Origin: Candidatus Acididesulfobacter sp.
Lineage (GTDB): Bacteria > SZUA-79 > Acidulodesulfobacterales > Acidulodesulfobacteraceae
Length of the DNA: 31,932 nucleotides
NCBI GenBank assembly: GCA_027365695.1
Contig: DAHXMB010000053.1
Span: 1-31,932 of the forward strand
Direction of reading: 5' to 3'
A program made the translations under genes and the position numbers. Below the pieces are notes generated by a model. That model was not told where the DNA came from, did no database searches, and saw only the letters and a program-made list of their open reading frames with translations. Shown here one piece after another: positions 1-8,248 of this stretch (positions are counted from its first letter, which is position 1; each line of letters begins with the position of its first letter).

Positions 1-5
1 AATTT

Positions 6-29
6 TTTAAAGGGGGTACCCCCTTTAAA
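6..29. repeat. Perfect 24-bp palindrome TTTAAAGGGGGTACCCCCTTTAAA
   Basis: Read directly; GC-rich core in very AT-rich non-coding DNA upstream of the traB fragment. Confidence 0.9.
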
Positions 30-125
30 TTATACTAATAAAAATAAATAATAATTAATAATTAAAATGATAATAAAAAAGAATTAAAAGAAGGAAGTAA
101 TAAAATAAAAAATTGGTCTTGACAA

Positions 126-500
126 ATGGGTGCAGTATATACCGCCACGGCGGTAGGAGAAGACGGCAAGGTCGGTCTCGCGGGCAAGGTCGTTACCAAA
201 CAAGGGGCGCTACTTGCAAGGGTTTTGGTAGCAGGTTTCCTTCAAGGCGTAGGTCAAGCGTTTCAGCAAAGTTCGGAAAATTTATCGTTTTCGGGACTTA
301 CCGGTAGTACGACGCAGCAGCCTATTACTCCGTCCGGCAGAGAATTATTATCGGTAGGTCTCGGCGGGGGCATATCTCAGGCTACGCAAAAACTCGCCCA
401 GTTTTATATGAATATGGCAAATAAAATGTTTCCGGTTATTCAAATTAACGCCGGCAGAAAAATAGACGTAATGTTTTTAAAAGGAGCGTATTTACCGTGA
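126..500 (+). pseudogene. traB: 3' fragment of TraB (VirB10-like core complex protein)
   Basis: AVGEDGKVGLAGKVVTKQGALLARVLVAGFLQG and FPVIQINAGRKIDVMFLKG match the TraB C-terminal domain; in-frame TGA at 120-122 and non-coding AT-rich DNA upstream, so the N-terminal part is not contiguous. Confidence 0.8.
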
Positions 501-712
501 AAGTCAAAATTATTCTATTAGGTTTATTAGGTTGTATAGCGTGTTTAACTTTAGCAGGCTGTTCTTTAATGCCGTACTCCGGAAGTTTTAATTCAGGCGG
601 CATTAAATACGTAAGAGGGGTAAACGGCGGTTACGTCGGTTCTTTAAATCAAGTTTACAAACAGTCTATCATAGAACAAAAGAAAGAAAATCTTAAAAAG
701 GAGCGTTATTAA
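497..712 (+). CDS. traV: Small lipoprotein resembling the N-terminal half of TraV
   Basis: Lipobox LAGC followed by SLMPYSGSF...GGYVGSLNQVY; GTG start overlaps the traB stop; AAGGAG at 481-486. Confidence 0.65.
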   Translation: MKVKIILLGLLGCIACLTLAGCSLMPYSGSFNSGGIKYVRGVNGGYVGSLNQVYKQSIIEQKKENLKKERY

Positions 713-715
713 ATC

Positions 716-1273
716 ATGAGAAAAAAAATTATAGCGGTTATTTTGCTTTTAAGCGTAAGCATATTTCCCGCTCTGCTCTCCGGTTGCGCTACCACTTATA
801 CGGGAGATAAATTACTTAGGCTTCCGAGCGGAGAACCGGTTAACAATAAAACCTTTTACGAGTCTTTATTATTAAAAAAATCCATTTTGGAAAAAGACAA
901 AACGGCTTTAGAAGAATCTTTAATCAATAGACCCGCTACGCCTATATATATTCATTCAAAGATTTTAAGAATGCTCGTTATGCCGTATGTGGACACCGAT
1001 AATATGCTTCATACTTATCAGTATATTTATTTCAAAATCAAAAAAGGCGGCTGGCTTTTAGGCAATTATTTAATGCGCGTGGGAACCAACAGAATTTTTA
1101 ATCCGCTGGGTTTTATCGGTAAAACGAATGAGGCGAATAAATCAAATATCGTTACATATTCTCAACCCAAACCGGTAGTAAAAAAATACAAAAAATCAAA
1201 AGGCGGATTTTATAATTCCGTCTTCCAAAACGATATTAACGCCGCTAAACGGGAGAACAATAGTGGTCGATAA
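716..1273 (+). CDS. traV: TraV-family outer-membrane lipoprotein (C-terminal TraV domain)
   Basis: Lipobox LSGC; PATPIY...ILRMLVMPYVDTDNMLHTYQYIYF...GGW resembles the TraV C-terminal motif; position between traB and traC. Confidence 0.8.
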   Translation: MRKKIIAVILLLSVSIFPALLSGCATTYTGDKLLRLPSGEPVNNKTFYESLLLKKSILEKDKTALEESLINRPATPIYIHSKILRMLVMPYVDTDNMLHTYQYIYFKIKKGGWLLGNYLMRVGTNRIFNPLGFIGKTNEANKSNIVTYSQPKPVVKKYKKSKGGFYNSVFQNDINAAKRENNSGR

Positions 1274-3773
1274 TCTTTTTTCCAAAATTAAAACGTTTTT
1301 GGGTCTAAGCGAACTCGACGCCGTTAAAGCCGAAGAGTTTTCGAGATTTTTCGAGAAAGTGCCTTTATCCAAGTATCTTTTTCCTCGAACCTACGATAAA
1401 GAACAGGAACTTTATATAATCGAAGACCCTATGTCTAAACCGGATTATTTGGGTTTCGGATTTATTTTGTATCCCAAGACGGTTATGGGAGCCGACACTC
1501 TTAAATTTCTCGAAACCGGTATATATCAAAATCCGTCCGTTCCAAACGATACTATTTTGCAGTGGAATATGTGGGGCGGAGATTTTACAGACCCGATAAT
1601 CGATAATTACGTAGCGAGGAAAGAAAAAAAAGTTCAAGAGATAGCCGAGGTTTACGCCAAATTTCTTAAAGAACATAAAAATAAAGGCTTTACTCTTGAC
1701 TGGCGCGCTCCGTTAAGGGATATAGTCGTCTTTTTAACCGTCAAAGTTCCCTTCAATTTAACCAACGACGACATTAAAAACGAAACGCAGGCTAACGCGG
1801 TAGTTTCTCTAAAAAATCAGATATTCTCTACTTTAAATCAGGCAAATTTATTGCCCGAACCTTTAGAGCCGGAAAGCCTTATATTTTTTTACAGAATGTT
1901 TTTTAATCCAGACCATAATTCAAACGATCCTTTTATTTACGACGAAAACGAGCTGATAAAAAGACAATCCGTATTAAGGGATACTCTTATAACACAGCCG
2001 CACCACGGCAAATATATCAAGATTGACAATTATTACGGAAGGGCTTTGACTATCAAAACTTTTCCGCAGGAAGTAACGAGTTTCGATACTATTGATTTTT
2101 TGGGTTCTACCGAACACTTAAACAGAAATCAGATAAATACGAGATTTTTTTATTCTTTTATCTTAAGAAAAGCCAACGATAACGAAAAAACTTCCGTATC
2201 CGGCAAGGCGGAAATTAATATGAAACAAAAAAGCCTTTCCGCTTTATCCCGCAAACTGCGCGACAGACAGGAAGATTCTGTAGTTTATTCAAGAGAAACC
2301 GAAGCGGGTCAACAGGTATGGAAAGGTTTTCCGATATGGTATCTATACGATAAAGACTATAAAGTATTGGACGACGCCGTATCTACCGTTAAAAATACCG
2401 TGGCGCAAAAAGCGTTCGAACTTCAGGAAGAACTCGTCGTTATGCCGTTCTTTTTGGCTTCAACGCCTTTTAACGCATCCAGAATACTAACGGATTTCGC
2501 TCCGAGAAGGGCTTATACGATGTTTTCCTATAACGCCGCTTCGTTAACTCCTTTGCAATCCGATTGGAAAGGTTCGGGCACTCCGATTATACCTTTGATA
2601 TCCCGCAGGGGCCAGCTTATGTTTATAGACTTATGGGATACCAACGGCGGTATGAACGCAAGCGTAGTGGGTCCTATGGGACAGGGTAAATCGTTTTTCG
2701 TAAACCATATTATATTTAACTATATTACCCTGCCGCAAAGTATTATCCGCGTGATAGACGTGGGAGCAAGCTATCTCGGCATAGCGAAACTTTTCGGCGG
2801 AGACTTTATAGAACCGGATTTCTCGCATCCTATATGCGTTAACCCGTTTTCCAACGTCGTAAATTTAAACCAAGAAATATCCCAACTCGTAGGAATAGTG
2901 GACAGAATGATAAAGCCTACTTCCGCTTGCACCGATACCGAAAGAGGCTTGATACAGCTCGCTATTAGAAATTCTTTCGAAAAATACGGCAACGATACGA
3001 ATATAACGATAGTGCGGGACGAAATACTTCAGATAGCCAAAGACGCCCAAGACGTCGAATTTAAAAAATTGGCGGATTATAATCTGCTTCCGTGGGCGAA
3101 GGGCGGACAATACGAAAAGTTTTTCGACGGCAAATCCGAAATAGATTTTACAAATAGGCTTATCGTTTTCGAGCTCGGAAAAATCAAGGAAGACACTACC
3201 CTTACAAATATTCTTTTAATGACTATATTTCATCATATTAATAAAGAGATTTACTACGGAGACAGAAGCGACAGAACGATTAAAAAGTTGGTCATTTGGG
3301 ACGAAGCTTGGAGATTTACGTCAAACGAGCTCGTTCTTCCGTTTATAGAAATGGGTTCGAGAGAATACAGAAAGTTCGGCGGATCTTTGGTATTTATAAC
3401 GCAGTCCGTTTCCGACTTGCAGAAAAACGACACGACTAAAACCATAAAAAGAAACAGCGAATATCTGTTCGTTTTCTACCAGAAACCGGAAGAATGGGAA
3501 AGGATAGTAAAAGACGACGAACTTTATATTTCCGAATACGAGAAAAACCTCTACAGAGATACTCTCCATACCGTAAAGGGAGCTTATTCCGAAGTGTTGG
3601 TTATAAGTTCGAGAGGAAAAGGCATAGGCAGGCTTTTAATGCCGCCGGAACTTTACTGGTTATATACGACCGACGCCGCCGAAGTGGGTATAAGGCAAAG
3701 ATTTATAGACGAAGAAAACGGCGACGTCTTAAAAGCGGTGCGAAGATGTATAGAATATAAAAAAAATCATTAA
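1263..3773 (+). CDS. traC: TraC (VirB4-family) conjugation ATPase
   Basis: Walker A GPMGQGKS, Walker B region VIWDEAWRF, RKFGGSLVFITQS; 836 aa. Confidence 0.95.
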   Translation: MVDNLFSKIKTFLGLSELDAVKAEEFSRFFEKVPLSKYLFPRTYDKEQELYIIEDPMSKPDYLGFGFILYPKTVMGADTLKFLETGIYQNPSVPNDTILQWNMWGGDFTDPIIDNYVARKEKKVQEIAEVYAKFLKEHKNKGFTLDWRAPLRDIVVFLTVKVPFNLTNDDIKNETQANAVVSLKNQIFSTLNQANLLPEPLEPESLIFFYRMFFNPDHNSNDPFIYDENELIKRQSVLRDTLITQPHHGKYIKIDNYYGRALTIKTFPQEVTSFDTIDFLGSTEHLNRNQINTRFFYSFILRKANDNEKTSVSGKAEINMKQKSLSALSRKLRDRQEDSVVYSRETEAGQQVWKGFPIWYLYDKDYKVLDDAVSTVKNTVAQKAFELQEELVVMPFFLASTPFNASRILTDFAPRRAYTMFSYNAASLTPLQSDWKGSGTPIIPLISRRGQLMFIDLWDTNGGMNASVVGPMGQGKSFFVNHIIFNYITLPQSIIRVIDVGASYLGIAKLFGGDFIEPDFSHPICVNPFSNVVNLNQEISQLVGIVDRMIKPTSACTDTERGLIQLAIRNSFEKYGNDTNITIVRDEILQIAKDAQDVEFKKLADYNLLPWAKGGQYEKFFDGKSEIDFTNRLIVFELGKIKEDTTLTNILLMTIFHHINKEIYYGDRSDRTIKKLVIWDEAWRFTSNELVLPFIEMGSREYRKFGGSLVFITQSVSDLQKNDTTKTIKRNSEYLFVFYQKPEEWERIVKDDELYISEYEKNLYRDTLHTVKGAYSEVLVISSRGKGIGRLLMPPELYWLYTTDAAEVGIRQRFIDEENGDVLKAVRRCIEYKKNH

Positions 3774-3786
3774 TTCGGGAGATGTT

Positions 3787-4125
3787 ATGAATAAGAATAA
3801 ATCAGCATTATTTGCGGCTACTTGGATTATTACTTTGGTAATTTCTATCGGCGGCGGCTTTATAGGAGCAAAGATTTACAACGTTTATTTTAATAAACCG
3901 CCTAAGTTTTACCAGTTTGACCTCGTTAAAGCCATAAAAAATGAAAATGCAGTTTTATACGGCGCTCATACTACGCCCGCTCTGGCAAATCAAATGTTTA
4001 CGAATTATTTAAAAAAAATTAACAATGGTCTTAAAAAATATTCCAAAAACGGAATAATTTTTATAAAAGGCGCCGTCGTAGCCGGAAACGTAAAAAACAT
4101 TACAAATAAAATTATCGGAAAATAG
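3787..4125 (+). CDS. trbI: TrbI-like F-pilus assembly protein
   Basis: N-terminal TM helix, FDLVKA and C-terminal IIFIKGAVVAGNVKNIT; directly follows traC. Confidence 0.6.
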   Translation: MNKNKSALFAATWIITLVISIGGGFIGAKIYNVYFNKPPKFYQFDLVKAIKNENAVLYGAHTTPALANQMFTNYLKKINNGLKKYSKNGIIFIKGAVVAGNVKNITNKIIGK

Positions 4126-4126
4126 A

Positions 4127-4699
4127 ATGTTTAACACTATTGCATTAGACGAATTTACTGATTTTATTCTCGAATTTATGGATGACAATTTTAATTTTCT
4201 TGGAAATCATTGCCGCCATACCGCCGCAGTTTGTGAAAAAATAGCGGATAGGTTAAATATCTGCTCTTCCGACAGAAAGCTTTTGAAATACGGAAGCCTG
4301 CTTCACGACATAGGCAAATTATATATACCGAGAGCTATTCTTTTAGCTCCGAGAAAACTTACGGATAAAGAATTTGAAATAGTCAAAGACCACCCTGTTT
4401 ACGGCAATCAAATAATAAAACGGTTTAATTCGCTTAACTCCGTAAGTCCTTTTATATTATATCATCATTACAGGGACGGATATGGTTATCCGGATTCGCC
4501 GCCGTTAGACCTGAGCGTGAATCCAATTTTAATTGACATTTTAACCGTTTCCGACTCTTATACGGCTATTAGCGAAAAAAGACCGTATGCGGATAACGGA
4601 AACATCAATCCTATAGAAATGTTAAAAAATACAAAAGATATAAAAAATAAAGGAATTAATGAGGAGATAGTGGATGTATTATCGACAATTACTTTCTAA
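4127..4699 (+). CDS. Stand-alone HD-GYP domain protein (putative cyclic-dinucleotide phosphodiesterase)
   Basis: NHC, LLHDIGK, LTDKEF..KDHP, HHYRDGYGYP, VSDSY, KRPY motifs. Confidence 0.85.
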   Translation: MFNTIALDEFTDFILEFMDDNFNFLGNHCRHTAAVCEKIADRLNICSSDRKLLKYGSLLHDIGKLYIPRAILLAPRKLTDKEFEIVKDHPVYGNQIIKRFNSLNSVSPFILYHHYRDGYGYPDSPPLDLSVNPILIDILTVSDSYTAISEKRPYADNGNINPIEMLKNTKDIKNKGINEEIVDVLSTITF

Positions 4700-5192
4700 A
4701 TACCGACTTCCGCTCTTAATCTTATTTTTTATGGCGGTCGGCTCTTTATCGATATTGCTATATTCTAAATACGTGGGTTATTTCGGCTGGAATTACCAAA
4801 CTTGCATAAAACCGAAATACTTCTACGTAAACAGACTCGATAAAAATATACCCGCCGGAGCGTTTTTTGTTTTTAAGTTTAAAGGAAGCTTCCTTTATCC
4901 TAAAGGCTCTTTGTTCGTAAAATATATGAGGTGCGTTCCCGGCGAAACGCTTAAAACCGTTTTACTCAAAAATCATTACCGCTACTACTGTAACGGAAAG
5001 TATTTAGGTTTTGGCAGAAACTATTCAGACCACGGCAAGGGATTTAAACTGCCGCATTTTATTTTTAACGGAATAATTCCTAAAAACAGGTATTTTGCAA
5101 TGGGCACGGCTTGGGACAGTTACGATTCGAGATACTGGGGATTCGTACGAAAAAAAGAAATAATAGGAATAGCTTATTCATTAATAAATTAA
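4674..5192 (+). CDS. trhF: S26-family conjugative transfer peptidase (TrhF-like pilin maturase)
   Basis: N-terminal TM; FVKYMRCVPGE (catalytic Lys region); SYDSRYWGFV. Confidence 0.85.
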   Translation: MYYRQLLSKYRLPLLILFFMAVGSLSILLYSKYVGYFGWNYQTCIKPKYFYVNRLDKNIPAGAFFVFKFKGSFLYPKGSLFVKYMRCVPGETLKTVLLKNHYRYYCNGKYLGFGRNYSDHGKGFKLPHFIFNGIIPKNRYFAMGTAWDSYDSRYWGFVRKKEIIGIAYSLIN

Positions 5193-5207
5193 TAAGGAGA
5201 TTATTTT

Positions 5208-5375
5208 ATGGGACTTTTAAAAAAAGACAAAGACAAAGAAGAAAAACCGAAAGAATACGTTAAAGAGGTCGAAAATATAAATACTTTTACCGACCCTAAG
5301 ACGGCTGAGACAAGAAACGAAATAATGAAAGATTTTATAAAAAAGGTAGTAATAAAAAGAAATGTCCAAGATTAA
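5208..5375 (+). CDS. 55-aa charged hypothetical protein (not in ORF track)
   Basis: AAGGAGA at 5194-5200, ATG at 5208, open to TAA at 5373-5375, overlapping the traW start; MGLLKKDKDKEEKPKEYVKEVENINTFTDPKTAETRNEIMKDFIKKVVIKRNVQD. Confidence 0.7.
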   Translation: MGLLKKDKDKEEKPKEYVKEVENINTFTDPKTAETRNEIMKDFIKKVVIKRNVQD

Positions 5376-6033
5376 ATTTTTATTAATTATAATTTTCGTT
5401 TTATTATTGCCGGCTAAAGTTTACGCTTTCGCTTTAAACGGAGAGACTTATCCTATTATAGAGCCGTCCATACTTGCGCAAATTCAAGCGGGAGCAAAAA
5501 AAATAGAATCTCATCCGCATAGATTAATAAAAATGTTTAAGAAAAAATTAATGAATTATATTCCAACGCATGCGTATCTTCCGCCTGCACGCAAAAGTTA
5601 TATATTTTATCACGACGTTATTTACAAACTTTCGTTTTCCATTCCGAGAGTGCAAAACGGCAAAGTCGTAGGAGTGTTATATCCCAAAGGATTTACCTTT
5701 CACGTTTTAAGATATTTACCTTTCGATTTTCCTACGCTCGTGATATTCGATATGAAAAACAAATATCAAAGATTTTACGTCGAAAAAAAATACGGAAGAC
5801 ATAATCCGGAAGCTATGCTTTTAACGACCGCGGGAGACCTTAAAAATATTTTGAAAATGGCTAAGCGCATTAAAAAGCCGGTTTACGCCAACATCGGCAA
5901 ATTAGACGAAAGGTTTGACGTTAAGAATACTATAAGCATAGTGAAAAGGTCTTTTATAAGACTTAACGACGTGCGCGTAAACGTAATAGGAATGGATTAT
6001 TTAATAAATTATTACGAAAAACATCATAAATAA
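5362..6033 (+). CDS. traW: TraW F-pilus assembly protein
   Basis: Signal peptide; GETYPIIEPSILAQI; LDERFDVKNTIS; position between trhF and traU. Confidence 0.8.
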   Translation: MSKIKFLLIIIFVLLLPAKVYAFALNGETYPIIEPSILAQIQAGAKKIESHPHRLIKMFKKKLMNYIPTHAYLPPARKSYIFYHDVIYKLSFSIPRVQNGKVVGVLYPKGFTFHVLRYLPFDFPTLVIFDMKNKYQRFYVEKKYGRHNPEAMLLTTAGDLKNILKMAKRIKKPVYANIGKLDERFDVKNTISIVKRSFIRLNDVRVNVIGMDYLINYYEKHHK

Positions 6034-6034
6034 A

Positions 6035-6583
6035 ATGGACGAAAATATCTCTATCGAGTTTTTTGAAAAGTTGACGAATGAAAAAACAAAAGACGAAATC
6101 TGGAAAATCCTCTGCGAATGCGATAAAGAATTTTATCCGCCGTTATCCGAAAGAAAAACTTTCGGCAGCCTGTTAGACTTAAACTGCCGCGCAAAAACCA
6201 ATAACAATCTTCCGCATGATTATTTTAAGTCGATGATTAAACAAAACTTTCTAATAGCTTTTATGGATAACCGCTATATAGTAGGTTTTCTTGCGTTCTT
6301 GTCAAATGTCAAGCCTAAAAACTTTAATATAAAATGCAATTATTATACGACTTTATGCGTCAGAAAAGCTAACAGACAGAAAGGCATAGCTACCGGATTA
6401 TTAACTTTTAGATTGCCCGATAACTTTCGTAATGAAATAACGCTAACAAGGACATGGAGTTTAAATTACCCAATTATCACAGCTTTAAACAAGGCTGGAT
6501 TTTCAATAAGAAAGGTAGTCGCAAGCGATAGGGATAAGGGAGTTGACACATTATATTACCAAAGACAAAAAGCTGTTTTTTGA
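6035..6583 (+). CDS. GNAT-family N-acetyltransferase
   Basis: Acetyl-CoA motif TLCVRKANRQKGIATGLL; C-terminal RTWSLN...LNKAGF. Confidence 0.75.
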   Translation: MDENISIEFFEKLTNEKTKDEIWKILCECDKEFYPPLSERKTFGSLLDLNCRAKTNNNLPHDYFKSMIKQNFLIAFMDNRYIVGFLAFLSNVKPKNFNIKCNYYTTLCVRKANRQKGIATGLLTFRLPDNFRNEITLTRTWSLNYPIITALNKAGFSIRKVVASDRDKGVDTLYYQRQKAVF

Positions 6584-6671
6584 ATATTCAAACTTTTAAA
6601 AATTGGTTTTTTATAGTATAATTTACTTTAATCTATCAAGATATAACTTATTACATATCACTATTAATAAA

Positions 6672-7175
6672 ATGAAAAAAATATTTTTAATATTTTTATT
6701 TATATTTATTCTAACGGCAAAAACTGCGGGAGCTATTACCTATTCCGAATTAAACAGGTATGTTTTCGCAAGCTATACTCCCGCAAATTATACGGGCAAG
6801 GTTCTTTATGTTTTCGAAGACCCTTTGTGCCCTTACTGCCATAAACTTAACGAACATATAGTTAAATACTCGCAAAAGTCCGGTTATAAAATCAACCTGA
6901 TATTTAAAATAATTCACGGTGAACAGGCGTTTACTTATGCCGTAGATTACGTTTGCGGTCATCAACAAATAGACAATTCAAATTTTATTAAATATATAGA
7001 TTTGGATTATAGCGGCAATTATTGCTCTTACGGCAAAGATTTGGTTCTTTACGATATTAAAATATCAAACCTTTTAGGCGTAAGTATAACTCCGTCTCTT
7101 ATAAGCAATACCGGCTTTAGAGAGTCGGGTTTAAGTTTAAGGGCGATCAAAAGGGGGTTAGGAATTTCAAGATGA
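6672..7175 (+). CDS. dsbC: DsbC/DsbG-like periplasmic thiol:disulfide oxidoreductase
   Basis: FEDPLCPYC and GVSITPS (cis-Pro); ATG at 6672 gives a clean signal peptide MKKIFLIFLF, so the listed 6603 start is probably too long. Confidence 0.8.
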   Translation: MKKIFLIFLFIFILTAKTAGAITYSELNRYVFASYTPANYTGKVLYVFEDPLCPYCHKLNEHIVKYSQKSGYKINLIFKIIHGEQAFTYAVDYVCGHQQIDNSNFIKYIDLDYSGNYCSYGKDLVLYDIKISNLLGVSITPSLISNTGFRESGLSLRAIKRGLGISR

Positions 7176-8233
7176 GAAAGATAAAAATTCTAATATTTTC
7201 TATCATCGTAAGTTTATTTGCGACGTTAACTCCGATAAAATCTTACGCTTTAATAGGTTGCGGTGCGTCTCCCGCAACTATGATACGTATATTTACGGAA
7301 TCTATCACTACCCTTTATAACGTCTTTCCAATATCGTTAGGAGGCGTTACGATAAATCCGTTCGGCAATCTTCCCAACTTCGAAAGTTGCGGCAGTTCTC
7401 CTGTTTGTATTTGTATGCTCGGGACTCCGCCGATTCCGCATCCCGGACTTACCGCAAGCTTATGGATGCCTACGGCGGTAATAGAGACGGTAAAAACTCC
7501 GTTTTGCTTTCCGTCATTAGGGCTTTCTATTCCCGGAGCTTCCGCTTATTTGGGAGACGCCAATAACGCGTCCCATAAACCCGGAAGCGGCGGAGAGATT
7601 AAACAACCGCAAAATACATCAGACGAAGTTCATTATATAGAATATCCTCTTTTTCTTCCGTTAAATTTATTTACGTCTATAACTTCCGGTAATATGAGTC
7701 AGGTATTGGGAAGTTTAGGAAATATAGGATATATCTCTGAAATAGACCCGACTTGGAAAAGCGATATGCTCTCAACCATATTGGACCCGGAGTCTATTCT
7801 TTTCGCAAATCCCATAGCGCAATTGTCTTGTATGGCAGATTCCGCAACGTCTGCCGTGGGTGAACCCTTAGACCCGATGTTTTGGTGTATGGGCGCATAC
7901 GGTTCTACTTATCCGGTAGCTCAGCAACTAAATTCTTTCGGCAACGTTCAAGGTTCGGCGGGACTTGCGGCAAGGACATTATTTCATTTATCGAGAATGC
8001 TTAAATTATGGAGTACGGAATCTTGCGCAGGTATTTGCGCGCCTATTCCTATGCCGATTTGGATTAAATCCGAATTTAGTTATTTTCCCGTCTATCCCGG
8101 AATGTATCCGATTAGAATTCCAATTGGTCAAACCGGTCTTATATGGGATCATGCCATAAATATGGCTATTCCGACCCAAAGCGATAACTTCGACTGGTTT
8201 ATGTATCAGCATTGGACTTTTTGTTTTTTATAA
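7172..8233 (+). CDS. traU: TraU
   Basis: LYNVFPISLGG, WMPTAVIETVKTPFCFPSLG, SEIDPTW, AQLSCMADS, MFWCMGAYGSTYP. Confidence 0.93.
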   Translation: MRKIKILIFSIIVSLFATLTPIKSYALIGCGASPATMIRIFTESITTLYNVFPISLGGVTINPFGNLPNFESCGSSPVCICMLGTPPIPHPGLTASLWMPTAVIETVKTPFCFPSLGLSIPGASAYLGDANNASHKPGSGGEIKQPQNTSDEVHYIEYPLFLPLNLFTSITSGNMSQVLGSLGNIGYISEIDPTWKSDMLSTILDPESILFANPIAQLSCMADSATSAVGEPLDPMFWCMGAYGSTYPVAQQLNSFGNVQGSAGLAARTLFHLSRMLKLWSTESCAGICAPIPMPIWIKSEFSYFPVYPGMYPIRIPIGQTGLIWDHAINMAIPTQSDNFDWFMYQHWTFCFL

Positions 8234-8248
8234 TAGGCGGTCAAAAGA

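Noticed and set aside
113-307. Arg-rich 64-aa ORF, and the other short ORFs nested in or antisense to traC, traU, traN, the methylase, topA, traD and the helicase
   Set aside because: Overlap well-supported genes, with no RBS or recognisable motifs.
4790-4830. Cys in place of the catalytic Ser in TrhF (NYQTCI)
   Set aside because: As I recall, Cys here is common among F-type TrhF peptidases, so not treated as novel.
6035-6583. GNAT as an AtaT-like tRNA-acetylating toxin linked to the element's tRNA
   Set aside because: No adjacent RHH antitoxin (upstream gene is traW), and the two genes are 18 kb apart.
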